A stretch of 64,000 bases of DNA from a virus (IMGVR_UViG_2595698353_000001:78564-142563), one strand, 5' to 3'. Shown: positions 1 to 9,452, counted from the first letter of the stretch. The notes: generated by a model not told the origin, from the sequence alone. Numbers and translations: made by a program.

Positions 1-1179
1 CCGTACGAGTCGTACGAGTGGGATGCCATGCGGGACATGCTCACCTCCGAGCAGTGGGACGAGATCCGCGTGAAGGACGCGTGGTACCGCGACCGGATCC
101 GCCGGTACTTCATCGCGTGCGGCCTCGGCGGCACCCCGGACGGCATGCGAATGGCCTGCGAGGCCGCGACGTCGGCAAGCTGCGACATCTACGAGGTGTG
201 GCGCGTGCTCGACAACTTCGGGCTGTCCGAGAATCCGATGGTCGGCACCCAGGTGCAGCAGATCGGCCGCGCCGTGCGCCCGGCGCGCAACGAGGTCGTC
301 ATCTCCCCGCACAAGCAGGAGCTCAGCGGCGGCGAGATGCACCTGCTGCGGCAGATGGTCAAGCGGCTCGCGCCGGTCGAGACCATCGTGACGATCAACG
401 CCAAGGGCGTCGTCGTGCGCACGCCGGTGAAGACCAACGCGGCGTCGGCCGACTCGACGTACTTCCAGGTCGAGAAGACCATCACCCCGACGCCGGACAT
501 CTCGAAGATCCCGCCGCCGGAACTGCTGGCGATCGACCTGCTGCCGTCCGAGAAGTGGCTGATGAACCCGGGGCCGAACGTGGCCCCCTACGCGGCGTTC
601 AACATCAGCCAGGAGTACGGCTACTACTACCTGGTCAGCGGCGGAAAGCGCAGCCCGATCGACTCGGTCACGTACGGCACGCTCGGCCGCGACGGCGGTT
701 ACTCCGACAGCTACCAGCCGACGTACGGCAACCCGGTCACCGACAGCAACGCGGTGTCCCGGGAGCCCGACTACGAGTCGGTGAAGCAGCTCGGCACGTT
801 CACGCACTGGACGCCGTACCCGCGCGCAGACTCGCCGGACAACTACCCGGGCGGCAAGTATGGCCTGACGCCGTCGGCCGAACCGGCGCTCAACCCGGAC
901 CGGTCGCCGTACGTGTTCGCGTACGCGTCGCAGTCCGAGTACATCGAGAAGATGCAGGCCGCCGTCACGGCCGCCGGTGGCGTCGCGACCGACAACCAGT
1001 ACCGCATGCCGATCACCGTCGCCTCGAACACCAAGGTGGTGTACACAGCGGATCTGGCCATCGCGTACAACGCTCCCGCGAAGGACTCGACGATCACCTC
1101 GTCCTGGCTCCTGGGCAAGCGAAAGAGCAACTCGGCCAACCTGGCTGATCCATCGTCGTTCATCAACTGGGGAGCGTGA
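1..1179 (+). CDS. minor tail protein (Dit-like), 5' end truncated by window
   Basis: Reading frame is open from nt 1 (PYESYEWDAMRDML...) and continuous with ORF 28-1179. Its stop overlaps the GTG start of the next large tail gene (GTGA). Position upstream of a Tal-like gene and fibre gene supports the call. Confidence 0.6.
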   Translation, partial: PYESYEWDAMRDMLTSEQWDEIRVKDAWYRDRIRRYFIACGLGGTPDGMRMACEAATSASCDIYEVWRVLDNFGLSENPMVGTQVQQIGRAVRPARNEVVISPHKQELSGGEMHLLRQMVKRLAPVETIVTINAKGVVVRTPVKTNAASADSTYFQVEKTITPTPDISKIPPPELLAIDLLPSEKWLMNPGPNVAPYAAFNISQEYGYYYLVSGGKRSPIDSVTYGTLGRDGGYSDSYQPTYGNPVTDSNAVSREPDYESVKQLGTFTHWTPYPRADSPDNYPGGKYGLTPSAEPALNPDRSPYVFAYASQSEYIEKMQAAVTAAGGVATDNQYRMPITVASNTKVVYTADLAIAYNAPAKDSTITSSWLLGKRKSNSANLADPSSFINWGA

Positions 1180-4100
1180 CCGTGGCCGGAGAGTACTACC
1201 TCGACTACCACATTCCACTCGAGCTCGCGAAGCTGGTTCAGGAGCTGCAGGAGGGCACGAAGACGAGCGGGACGGCGAAGGCCACCGCGAAGCGTGAGTG
1301 GTTCTCGCAGCCGCGCACGTCGGGCGACCCGACCATCGAGGTCGTCACGACGACGTTCAAGCTGCCGATGTCGATTTCGCATGTCTCGCTGGAGATCACG
1401 CGGATGTCGAGCAAGGTGGAGATGTGGTACCAGGACCGCCAGAACAACTGGCGGCAGCTGCTCGACCGCGACCGGATGCCGCTGGCGGTCACCGTCTCGA
1501 CGTCCAGCATGGCGTCCTGGTACACCTACAGCTCGGACGTCTACCCGGTGGTGGCCAAGGCCTTCCAGATCCGCGTGCAGCGCGTCTCCGACGTCGGGCT
1601 GCAGGGCCTGCCGTACTCGATCGGCATCCGCAACACGCTGATCAAGCGCAACGTGCACACGCGCGACCAGGCCACGCAGGCCTTCGAGGACGAGCAGGAC
1701 ACGCTCGGCAACGTCGTGACGAAGTACATCAAGGACTGGGCACCGAACTACGCGATCGACAACAACGCGGTCTCGCACTGGCGGTCCGGCCCGATGCCGT
1801 CCCCGGCGGCCGTCGTGAGCATGTACATCGACATGCGCGACGGGAACGGCGGGCCGTCGATGATGGACAGCCTGTACCTGGATCCGCTGTACTTCGGCCA
1901 GAACCTCAACCTGTACTACTCGAGCGACGATGTGGTCACCGACCTGCGGGTGTCGTCGCTGTCGGTCATCCCCGACGTCACCGAGGAGGTCGAGTGGGAC
2001 CAGACCGTCGGCCTGCAGGACGGCACGGCACCCTCGCAGTACCTGTTCCCCTTCTCGCACGGCCCGCTGCGCGAGCAGGACGCCTGGATCGGTCTCGCGT
2101 GGCGGCCGAGCTTCGCTGCCGACGCGCCGGACGCCCCGGCACTGAACCCGGTCCTGATGGGCGTCACTCCGTCGTCGTACCTCACCGGCGTGTTCGCGCC
2201 GACCCTGACGTACAACGTCGGCCTCCGTCGGCTCGAGCTCAACTTCTTCGACGGCACCACCGAGGTCGATGCGTACAGCACCGCCTTCTCGTTCAAGGCC
2301 GGTGAGGAGCTGCGCATCGCCGTCGGCTGGGTCTACGAGGACGGCCAGCGCCGAGTCATGCTGAGCGTCAGGGACTCCAAGGGGAACTACCTGTCCCTCG
2401 CCGAGGGCGAGCACGTCGGCATCCCTACCGTCGTCTCGTTCGACGGCCAGGCCGGACTGCGCAACTTCAAGGGCCTGGTCACCGCGATGGTGATCAAGCT
2501 GGAGTCGTGGCGGGACAACGCGCCCCGGTTCGGGTCGAGCCCGATCTCGTACTGCTCGCCGGACCCGGTGCTGCCGGACGCCAACGGCAACATCCCGTCG
2601 ACCACCCTGGACAACTCCATCTTCTCGGTCGACTGGACGACCCAGGAGTTCGGCATGGGCGGCATGGACTCGTCGTTCTACACCGGCAAGACCTGGACTC
2701 CGATCTGGCGGGACTACATCTCGCAGAAGGGGACTATCGTTCTGCCGCAGCCGATTACGGCGAAGTTCCTGAAGCTCGAGTTCTCCAACCTCACCCCGGA
2801 GCCGTACCCGATCTTCGAGACCGGGATCGAGGTCAAGTACCAGGTCTTCCCGATCACCGTCGAGCAGGAGGCGTCGATCAGCGTCTCCGTCGGCGGCACC
2901 GCATCCATCGAGGGCGGCGTCGTCAGCGGCGGCTTCGGCGCGGTCGTCAACGGCAAGGCGGTCAACTGGCTCGACGTCGGCTCGGTGTTCGATGCGGCCA
3001 AGGCGCTGCTCATGCCGACCGGCAAGGAGGTCGTCGTGCAGGCGGGTCCGGGCTACGTGACCTCCGCGCTGCCGCACACCGCCGACAAGCTCATCCGGGG
3101 CGACTTCGATCTCGAGGTGTCCGGCTCGGCGACGTACTCGCGCGAGGCGATGAATGCGCTCGTGACGACGGCCGGTCACCTGCTGACGTCGATGCTCGAG
3201 CCGTACGCGCCGGGCGTCTCCCAGCTGCCGATCCCGTGGGATGTGCTCGCCTCGTTCATCCCGAACTCGGTCTCGTTCGGGCTCAACCTGGGCGACGGCA
3301 AGAACGACGCGACACCGGTGCGAGCCGAGGACTACTGGATGTTCCCGGGCCAGATGCTGCAGCTGCCCGCCGAGGTCATGCAGGGGCTCGCCGGGCTGTC
3401 GGCGTCGATCTCCGGCCGCGCGTCGTACAACAACCGGCTGCGGTTCACCACGACGTCGGTGCACCGCTACGAGTACAAGACGCTCGCCCGGTCCGAGGCC
3501 ATCGCCTACTTCGCGGGCCTGCGCGAGGTGGTCCCGATGATGACCTCGTACATCGACACCGCCGACCACGATCGGTGGGAGTTCACCTCGTACCTCCCCG
3601 CGCAGTGGTCGAAGCAGAACGTCGAGTTCCTGCCCAACGGGCTCGTCGCCCGGCAGGCGGGCTCGGCTCAGCCCGGGACGCTGTCGAAGACGCTCACCAC
3701 CACGACGGCGTTCTCCCGCGTGCGGCTCGAGGCCCGGGACACCGGCCTGATCCGGTCGGACGCGCTGTGGGCGTCGGAGACGTCAGATCAGCTCGCGGCG
3801 GGCGCGAAGCGGTACCCGGAGAACATCCCCGGCGCGTCGTGGGGCGACACGTTCGCCGAGTGGGGCGACGGCGTCGAGCCGTGGGGCTCGCCCCGGGGCC
3901 AGGTCATGATCTCGCTCGACGGCGATCGGTCGTACCAGGGCCGCCGGGTCATCAAGATCAGCCGTCTGGCGCTGGCCGGTGAGGGCGGCATCTCGCTGCG
4001 CCAGTCGACGAACCTCACGGCCGGGGTGATGTTCCGGCTCGGCTGCGTCGTCTACAAGCCGACAGACAACAACAACTGGATCCGGCTCGAGCTGCTCCAC

Positions 4101-4472
4101 AACCCGACCGAGGCGGTGCTGCACACCGAGATCGTCCCGGTCGTCGCCGGGCAGTGGTTCGAGTGGCAGTCCCGGTTCGCCGAGTTCAAGGGCAACCTGA
4201 CCGACGACTACTCGCTGCGGCTCACGGTCGGCGGCGACAAGGCGGAGGACGTCTACCTCTCGGATCTCTACACCGAGATCGCGGGCGTCCGCTACATGGT
4301 CAAGCTCGGGGCGCTCTCGCAGCCGACGATCGACGTCACCGAGCTGATCTACCGGAACTCGGCGTACGCGACGACGTCGGTCCCGGCCACCTCGTGCACG
4401 GTGACAACCGTCATCGTGTCCCCGCAGGCATACGCCAGCGGCCTCACGCTTACTCCCACCTACGTCCGATAG
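1176..4472 (+). CDS. large minor tail protein (Tal-like), 1098 aa
   Basis: 1098-aa ORF with GTG start overlapping the upstream stop. The composition is real-protein-like, whereas the antisense ORF 843-3569 looks like a GC artefact. It sits between a Dit-like gene and a fibre gene. Confidence 0.65.
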   Translation: MTVAGEYYLDYHIPLELAKLVQELQEGTKTSGTAKATAKREWFSQPRTSGDPTIEVVTTTFKLPMSISHVSLEITRMSSKVEMWYQDRQNNWRQLLDRDRMPLAVTVSTSSMASWYTYSSDVYPVVAKAFQIRVQRVSDVGLQGLPYSIGIRNTLIKRNVHTRDQATQAFEDEQDTLGNVVTKYIKDWAPNYAIDNNAVSHWRSGPMPSPAAVVSMYIDMRDGNGGPSMMDSLYLDPLYFGQNLNLYYSSDDVVTDLRVSSLSVIPDVTEEVEWDQTVGLQDGTAPSQYLFPFSHGPLREQDAWIGLAWRPSFAADAPDAPALNPVLMGVTPSSYLTGVFAPTLTYNVGLRRLELNFFDGTTEVDAYSTAFSFKAGEELRIAVGWVYEDGQRRVMLSVRDSKGNYLSLAEGEHVGIPTVVSFDGQAGLRNFKGLVTAMVIKLESWRDNAPRFGSSPISYCSPDPVLPDANGNIPSTTLDNSIFSVDWTTQEFGMGGMDSSFYTGKTWTPIWRDYISQKGTIVLPQPITAKFLKLEFSNLTPEPYPIFETGIEVKYQVFPITVEQEASISVSVGGTASIEGGVVSGGFGAVVNGKAVNWLDVGSVFDAAKALLMPTGKEVVVQAGPGYVTSALPHTADKLIRGDFDLEVSGSATYSREAMNALVTTAGHLLTSMLEPYAPGVSQLPIPWDVLASFIPNSVSFGLNLGDGKNDATPVRAEDYWMFPGQMLQLPAEVMQGLAGLSASISGRASYNNRLRFTTTSVHRYEYKTLARSEAIAYFAGLREVVPMMTSYIDTADHDRWEFTSYLPAQWSKQNVEFLPNGLVARQAGSAQPGTLSKTLTTTTAFSRVRLEARDTGLIRSDALWASETSDQLAAGAKRYPENIPGASWGDTFAEWGDGVEPWGSPRGQVMISLDGDRSYQGRRVIKISRLALAGEGGISLRQSTNLTAGVMFRLGCVVYKPTDNNNWIRLELLHNPTEAVLHTEIVPVVAGQWFEWQSRFAEFKGNLTDDYSLRLTVGGDKAEDVYLSDLYTEIAGVRYMVKLGALSQPTIDVTELIYRNSAYATTSVPATSCTVTTVIVSPQAYASGLTLTPTYVR

Positions 4473-4481
4473 GAGAAACCC

Positions 4482-5141
4482 ATGACCGTCACGATGGCCC
4501 AGATCAACGCCTTGCCGGACAACCCGACCAAGGACTGGCCGACCCACCTCCAGGACCACGCCGTCATCGCGCAGGCCCTGAAGCAGTATGTCCCCGACAT
4601 CATCTCGCTGAAGTCGCTCGCCCCGTCGTTCGCGACGACGGCCAACCCGACGTTCACCGGCACGGTCTCGTTGCAGACGCTGAAGGTCGGCACCGCGACG
4701 AACGTCGGCCAGGTGCTCACCGCGAGCAACACCACCGGCACCGTGCAGTGGGCGGACCCGGCGGTGAAGTCGGTCGCGAACAAGACCGGCGAGGTCCACC
4801 TGGACGTCGGCGACGTCAACGGCGCTGCCCCGATCGATAGCCCGGTCTTCTCCGGCAGCGTCTCGACGCCGGTCCTCATCATCGGTGGCAGCGAGTTCTC
4901 CGACCCCCCGAGGCCGGGCCAGGTGCTCACGGCGATGAGCGACACCGGTGCCACCGTCTGGACCAACCGCACGCTGGCCTTCGAGGCGCTGCCGCCGGAG
5001 GGCGAGGACTACCGGGGGACCGTCGTTGTCGTCGGAGTGGTCGGGGAGCAGGACGAGCTGTACACCTGCCTGCGGCAGGCGTCGGGCCAGTACCGCTGGC
5101 ATCCGATCACGGTCGGTGCCGCACTCGCGCCCGGCGGGTGA
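4482..5141 (+). CDS. tail fibre protein with phage tail-fibre repeat motifs
   Basis: RBS GGAGAAACC precedes the ATG. Contains NPTFTGTVS and KTGEVHLDVGDVNGA motifs that match the repeats in the 54286 fibre. Followed by a strong terminator. Confidence 0.65.
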   Translation: MTVTMAQINALPDNPTKDWPTHLQDHAVIAQALKQYVPDIISLKSLAPSFATTANPTFTGTVSLQTLKVGTATNVGQVLTASNTTGTVQWADPAVKSVANKTGEVHLDVGDVNGAAPIDSPVFSGSVSTPVLIIGGSEFSDPPRPGQVLTAMSDTGATVWTNRTLAFEALPPEGEDYRGTVVVVGVVGEQDELYTCLRQASGQYRWHPITVGAALAPGG

Positions 5142-5181
5142 TACGCTGACGCCATCCTTTCGTTGGGATGGGATTGCTGGG

Positions 5182-5215
5182 AAATGCCGATCGGTTCGCC
5201 GGTCGGCATTTTTTC
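5182..5215 (+). terminator. rho-independent terminator after the tail fibre gene
   Basis: Stem AATGCCGATCGG, loop ttcg, stem CCGGTCGGCATT (one mismatch), followed by TTTTTT. Confidence 0.65.
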
Positions 5216-5233
5216 ATGTCTTAACCAGGCTGT

Positions 5234-5263
5234 TTGCGTAAACCCATATGTGTCCACTACACT
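5234..5263 (+). promoter_or_regulatory. sigma-A-like promoter P1 (TTGCGT-N18-TACACT)
   Basis: Same -35/18-bp spacer/-10 architecture recurs at 7 or more other loci. Lies about 40 nt upstream of the 5302 ATG and precedes the conserved leader. Confidence 0.45.
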
Positions 5264-5301
5264 GGACAACGTAACGCCGACAGCCCCTCCAGGAGGACCG
5301 C

Positions 5302-5700
5302 ATGACCATCATCATCGCCAAGTTCCACGACGCCGCCCGCAACAACGTTCTGACCCAGATCCCGCTGGAGCTGGACGCGGACCTCGTCCCCGGCACCGGC
5401 AGCTGGAACCGCGCCACCTTCGCCGCCCTCGAGTCCCGTGGCTTCCAGGTCACCTCGCTCTTCAACGTCGAGATCGCCGCCAAGGGGCCGGACTTCGCGC
5501 CGCACTTCGTCAACTCCGCCCGCGAGCAGGCGATCGTTGCCGCCGTCCGCCTCGATCGCATCCTCACCGAGGGCGAGCCCGGCACCCTGCTCAACCCATA
5601 CATCAACGCCCAGGCCGCCTGGTTCAAGGAGGCCGTCCGGCGCGGTGTCGACGAGGACCAGCTGAGCGCCGCGATCGCCGCCGAGCTCGACCGCATCTGA
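5302..5700 (+). CDS. hypothetical protein
   Basis: ORF preceded by conserved leader CAGCCCCTCCAGGAGGACCGC then ATG. Clean protein-like translation. Confidence 0.6.
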   Translation: MTIIIAKFHDAARNNVLTQIPLELDADLVPGTGSWNRATFAALESRGFQVTSLFNVEIAAKGPDFAPHFVNSAREQAIVAAVRLDRILTEGEPGTLLNPYINAQAAWFKEAVRRGVDEDQLSAAIAAELDRI

Positions 5701-5728
5701 CCCCACCCCAACACTCAAGGAGATCCCC

Positions 5729-5932
5729 ATGAAGCACCTCTTCGACAAGGCCACCTGGACCGACGGCCGCTACGCCACCGCCACCGACCTGGACACCCCA
5801 GAGAACCGGGCCAAGTACGCCGACCTGGGGCTGGAGGTCGAGCGCTGGTGGTCCGTGTACAGCCTGCCGAACGGCAAGCGCTGCTCGGTCGACAACACCG
5901 GCGCTGGCCACCTGCAGGGCACCGCCGCCTGA
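5729..5932 (+). CDS. hypothetical protein (67 aa)
   Basis: Leader ACCCCACCCCAACACTCAAGGAG precedes the ATG. Confidence 0.5.
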   Translation: MKHLFDKATWTDGRYATATDLDTPENRAKYADLGLEVERWWSVYSLPNGKRCSVDNTGAGHLQGTAA

Positions 5933-5954
5933 TCCCCGCACCAAGGAGAGCCCG

Positions 5955-6122
5955 ATGGCCGCACTCACCCGCAAGCAAGAGGCCGAGCTGCGCGTCGTCC
6001 TCGCCGCGCTACGTGACGCGCACAGCAACCTCACGAACGGAGCCCCGATCGCAGCCAGGGAGGACATCGCCTCCGCGATGACCGACCTGGGCATCTTCAT
6101 CGCCCTCAACGGCCTATCCTGA
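5955..6122 (+). CDS. small hypothetical protein (55 aa, MAALTRKQEAELRVVLAALRDAHSNL...)
   Basis: Not in the ORF track (under 60 aa). ATG at 5955 with AAGGAGAG RBS. Fills the gap between 5932 and 6150. The stop TGA sits directly before the next conserved leader. Confidence 0.4.
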   Translation: MAALTRKQEAELRVVLAALRDAHSNLTNGAPIAAREDIASAMTDLGIFIALNGLS

Positions 6123-6149
6123 CCCACCCCAACACTCAAGGAGGACCCA

Positions 6150-6698
6150 ATGGACACGACCCTGAACACGATCATGGAGCTCGGCACCGTCGTCGAGATC
6201 GACCCCGAGGGCGAGCCGACCGTGCGCCGCGACCTGCATGCCCCCGAGGTGTACCAGAACCTCGACGACAGCGGCTCCGTCACGGGCGAGCCGGAGGTCG
6301 GCGGCGGCTGGACCCTGCTGACCAACTTCAGCGGCCAGGACCGCTACCGGGGCGCGGGCATGCACTCGTCCGAGTCCATCGGCGGCGGGCTCGAGGACTT
6401 CATCCGTGCCAACCCGGGCCTGTACGTCGCCGTCCTGGTCTCGTACCTCGGACCCGAGGAGGAGTACGAGCCGGACAGCTGGGTGACCGCGTTCAAGCCG
6501 CTCGACCACGACGACGACCGGCACACCGAGTGCGACGCCGACGTGTGCACGATCAAGTCGGACGCACTGCGCGCCGCCGAGGGTATCGCCCGCTGCACCG
6601 GCTCGACCGGTGCCACCCACATCGTCGAGAAGACCAACGACAAGGGCATCCGCTACACGAAGGTGTCCGCCACCTGGACCCGAAAGGACAACGCATGA
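6150..6698 (+). CDS. hypothetical protein (182 aa)
   Basis: Leader ACCCACCCCAACACTCAAGGAGGA precedes the ATG. Confidence 0.6.
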   Translation: MDTTLNTIMELGTVVEIDPEGEPTVRRDLHAPEVYQNLDDSGSVTGEPEVGGGWTLLTNFSGQDRYRGAGMHSSESIGGGLEDFIRANPGLYVAVLVSYLGPEEEYEPDSWVTAFKPLDHDDDRHTECDADVCTIKSDALRAAEGIARCTGSTGATHIVEKTNDKGIRYTKVSATWTRKDNA

Positions 6699-6790
6699 GC
6701 GACAACACCCTGACGATGATCGTGGCGATCGTTGCGGGCGTGATCGTCGCGGCGACCGCGATCTGGGCATGGTGGTACGACCGCCGATGA
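6695..6790 (+). CDS. small membrane protein (31 aa, MSDNTLTMIVAIVAGVIVAATAIWAWWYDRR)
   Basis: ATG overlaps the upstream stop (ATGA). Single hydrophobic helix. In frame with ORF 6530-6790, whose N-terminus is implausible. Confidence 0.4.
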   Translation: MSDNTLTMIVAIVAGVIVAATAIWAWWYDRR

Positions 6791-6825
6791 CAAACACCCA
6801 CGACGACTGAGCAAGTCATCCGAGA

Positions 6826-6867
6826 AAGCCGGGCTCCCCATCCGCCTTGGGAGCCCGGCTTTTTTTC
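6826..6867 (+). terminator. rho-independent terminator
   Basis: Stem AGCCGGGCTCCC, loop, stem GGGAGCCCGGCT, followed by TTTTTTT. Confidence 0.7.
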
Positions 6868-6885
6868 ATGCCCAGAAACTCGGAC

Positions 6886-6915
6886 TTGCGCGAACCTATA
6901 GGCGTCAAGTACACT
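6886..6915 (+). promoter_or_regulatory. promoter P2 (TTGCGC-N18-TACACT)
   Basis: Exact repeat of the P1/P5 architecture, followed by leader GCAAGCAACCAACCCCTCCAGGAGGA. Confidence 0.5.
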
Positions 6916-6952
6916 AGACGAAGCAAGCAACCAACCCCTCCAGGAGGATCTC

Positions 6953-8098
6953 ATGGCCACCAAGCGCACCTACCACGTCATCACCCCGACCGGCGAGTTC
7001 GTCGAGTACGAGACCACCGGCAAGGAGTACGCCTTCGCAGCCGTCGTCCTCTTCCCGGCCAACCCGGAGTCGAAGCGCGAGAATGAGCACGTCGCCCACT
7101 GGGGCATCGTGAAGAAGTCGAGCTCCGAGAAGGGCGCGTCGGCCATCGGCCAGACCGCTCGCCACTCCGCGTACCTGAAGTCCTTCCCCCACGCCGTCGT
7201 CCCGATCTTCCACGGACCGGCTCCGGTCGCCGAGCCGACCGCCGCCGAGGAACCGTCTGCCGGTCCGGCCACCGCCAACGGCCTCCGCGTCGGTGACATC
7301 GTGCGCAAGGGATCTGGTGCCAAGACCTACCGCGTGACCGTCGTCCACTCCGCACTCAGCGTCGCCCTCCAGCCCACCGACGCCAAGGGTCGCTACTTCT
7401 ACGACGCCGACCCCACCCTCTACCGTCGCGTCGAGGGAGCTCCGGTCATCAAGGAGCCCGCCGTCGAGAACGAGGCCCCGGCCGAGCCGGTCGCCGAGGA
7501 GGCGCTGATCGCGCACACCAACGTCCACGAGTTCGAGGTGTACATCTACCGGGGCACGGAGCGCGTCGCCGTCGTCACGGCGGAGACCACCTTCACGAAC
7601 GACAAGACCAGCACCCTCCGGCTGTCCGGGTGGGAGGTCGACGGCGAGTGGCAGAAGCTCGACGTGTCGGCTCGGCGCGCCTCGGTCAAGGAGGTCCCGA
7701 TCACCGAGGTCCCGATCGGTGCCGACGTCCACTGGTTCGAGTCCGACGAGGAGGACGCCAGTCGCGGGTACATCGTCAGCGTCAAGCCCGACTCCAAGTA
7801 CGACGCCGACCCGCTGGTGGTCGTCCAGTGGGAGGGCGGCCGCAGCGTCGAATACTTCGAGGATCTGGTCGTCCTGCCGACCTTCTACAGCTACAACCGC
7901 GTGCTCGAGATCGCGGGCGAGAAGGACGCCGACGGCTGGCGGCACGCGACCATCACGCTGCGCGACGGCGACACCGCCGCCGACCCGGGATCGACGAAGA
8001 AGGGCTTCGCGGGGAAGGGCACCATCGAGTACCACATCCACCCGACGAGCTTGGACTACCGCCCGTCCGAGGGCGTCCGCTCGATCTACCTCCGCTGA
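6953..8098 (+). CDS. hypothetical protein (381 aa)
   Basis: Promoter plus conserved leader upstream. The antisense ORF 6914-8458 has GC-artefact composition. Confidence 0.65.
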   Translation: MATKRTYHVITPTGEFVEYETTGKEYAFAAVVLFPANPESKRENEHVAHWGIVKKSSSEKGASAIGQTARHSAYLKSFPHAVVPIFHGPAPVAEPTAAEEPSAGPATANGLRVGDIVRKGSGAKTYRVTVVHSALSVALQPTDAKGRYFYDADPTLYRRVEGAPVIKEPAVENEAPAEPVAEEALIAHTNVHEFEVYIYRGTERVAVVTAETTFTNDKTSTLRLSGWEVDGEWQKLDVSARRASVKEVPITEVPIGADVHWFESDEEDASRGYIVSVKPDSKYDADPLVVVQWEGGRSVEYFEDLVVLPTFYSYNRVLEIAGEKDADGWRHATITLRDGDTAADPGSTKKGFAGKGTIEYHIHPTSLDYRPSEGVRSIYLR

Positions 8099-8110
8099 CC
8101 GACCACCGAC

Positions 8111-8136
8111 GGGGAGGGGCCGCGTGGCCCCTCCCC
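8111..8136 (+). terminator. perfect GC hairpin (possible factor-independent terminator without U tract)
   Basis: GGGGAGGGGCC, loop gcgt, GGCCCCTCCCC immediately after the 6953-8098 stop. Confidence 0.4.
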
Positions 8137-8158
8137 TCCCCCACACGAAGGAGTCACC

Positions 8159-8488
8159 GTGAGCCGCACCGACATCCAGGTCCCCGCCGAGGGCGGCGTC
8201 CGCGTCTACGACGCCGGACACATGACCTTCCTGATCAAGGATCGCGCCGACACCGCGCGCAACTTCCTCCTGGCCGCCAAGGGGCTGCGCGAGACCATCT
8301 ACGCGCCGGACGACTGCCTTGTGCGCGGCCTGAAGTGGGCGCAGAGCGCAGTTCGGTACGCCGAGATCCGCCACTCGGACCCGCGCGTCAACTCGACCGA
8401 GAAGTCGCTCCTGCGGGCCAAGTACGCGGCGCGGATCGAGGCCGAGATCCGCGAGCACGCCGCCGAGCGCGGCCTGGAGTTGCCGTGA
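8159..8488 (+). CDS. hypothetical protein (109 aa)
   Basis: RBS AAGGAG then GTG. Confidence 0.55.
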   Translation: MSRTDIQVPAEGGVRVYDAGHMTFLIKDRADTARNFLLAAKGLRETIYAPDDCLVRGLKWAQSAVRYAEIRHSDPRVNSTEKSLLRAKYAARIEAEIREHAAERGLELP

Positions 8489-8820
8489 ACCAGGACCTCC
8501 ACTTCCGCCCGAACGCGTTCGGCTCCATCGCCGACGCCGACGGCCTGCGCTACACCATCGTGAAGGTCGGCAACGACTGGTTCCTGTCGACCCGCCGGGT
8601 GAAGACGCTCGACGGCTTCACCGTCACCAAGGGCGCGCCCGCGCTGGCTGAGACGGCCACCCACAGCAAGCGGATGGCCGTCACCATCGCCCGGCACTAC
8701 AGCGCGCTCGAGGGCCAGTTCCCGGACCACGTGGACGGCCACCAGGAGCGCATGACCGAGGCCACCCTGCGGGCGCTCGGCGAGATCGAATACGGACCCA
8801 TACCCAGGAGGACCACATGA
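8485..8820 (+). CDS. hypothetical protein (111 aa, VNQDLHFRPNAFGS...)
   Basis: GTG overlaps the upstream stop (GTGA). In frame with track ORF 7630-8820, whose long N-terminal part is Arg/Gly junk. Confidence 0.5.
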   Translation: MNQDLHFRPNAFGSIADADGLRYTIVKVGNDWFLSTRRVKTLDGFTVTKGAPALAETATHSKRMAVTIARHYSALEGQFPDHVDGHQERMTEATLRALGEIEYGPIPRRTT

Positions 8821-9137
8821 CCCACCAAATCGAGATCCGCGCCACCGACACCCCGGACATCTACGAGACTCGAGTTGTGAGGGTCGACGTAGGGTCTAAC
8901 GGCCTGATCCCGATCCGGGACTCGAAGAAGGGTGCCGAGCAGACCGTCGAGCGCCTGGGTATCCAGTGGATTCGCATCAGTGACGGCCCGTGGAAGCTCC
9001 AATTCGATCCAGATCGGTGGACACCAGGTCCGCCAGGGTGGCTTGGTTGGCAAGGCTTGGCGCGCGAGCTACCACGGCGCTGGCGTGGGAGTCCCCCAGT
9101 GGGTCCTGGACTTCATCGAGCGGTACCGCCCTGCTGA
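8817..9137 (+). CDS. hypothetical protein (106 aa)
   Basis: ATG overlaps the upstream stop. C-terminal third is low complexity, so the true end is uncertain. Confidence 0.4.
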   Translation: MTHQIEIRATDTPDIYETRVVRVDVGSNGLIPIRDSKKGAEQTVERLGIQWIRISDGPWKLQFDPDRWTPGPPGWLGWQGLARELPRRWRGSPPVGPGLHRAVPPC

Positions 9138-9165
9138 CGCCAACTCGGGGGCCTGACCTGCACGT

Positions 9166-9195
9166 TTGCATGGAACTATAGCTATGCTGTAGCAT
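9166..9195 (+). promoter_or_regulatory. promoter P3 (TTGCAT-N18-TAGCAT) with dyad CTATAGCTATGCTGTAG in the spacer
   Basis: Family architecture plus conserved leader TCAGCAAGCAACCAGCCCCTCCAGGAGGA downstream. Confidence 0.5.
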
Positions 9196-9233
9196 TCATG
9201 TCAGCAAGCAACCAGCCCCTCCAGGAGGACATC

Positions 9234-9452
9234 ATGTCGAACACCACCGCCCCCACTGGACCGATCCTCAGCTTCGACGGCAAGCGCGGCAAGCGCGTCT
9301 CCTGGGAGGCCCACGACGAGGCGCTGCGCGGCGCGAGCATCACCTACCGGAACAGCAGCATCGCCCGCACCGGACTCAAGGAGACCGTGGTCACCATCGG
9401 CTACACCGCCGACGGCCGCCGGTTCCGCACCACCGCCCGATACGACATCTGA
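9234..9452 (+). CDS. hypothetical protein (72 aa)
   Basis: Start taken at the second in-frame ATG, directly after the GGAGGA of the conserved leader. The track start at 9198 lies inside the leader. Confidence 0.55.
   Translation: MSNTTAPTGPILSFDGKRGKRVSWEAHDEALRGASITYRNSSIARTGLKETVVTIGYTADGRRFRTTARYDI

Noticed and set aside
843-3569. 908-aa minus-strand ORF antisense to the large tail gene. Similar long antisense ORFs occur at 3783-5102, 6914-8458, 14083-16572, 16913-18526, 23990-25378, 26311-28440, 42224-44020, 54130-57930 and 57686-60361.
   Set aside because: Arg/Gly/Asp/Val-rich composition is typical of a stop-codon-poor antisense frame in high-GC DNA. In every case the sense-strand partner has recognisable protein motifs and RBS or leader context.
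9198-9233. Upstream ATGs of track ORFs 9198, 40038, 52172 and 14504 as true starts.
   Set aside because: They fall inside the conserved leader or lack an SD. The ATG directly after GGAGGA or GGAGGTG is preferred.
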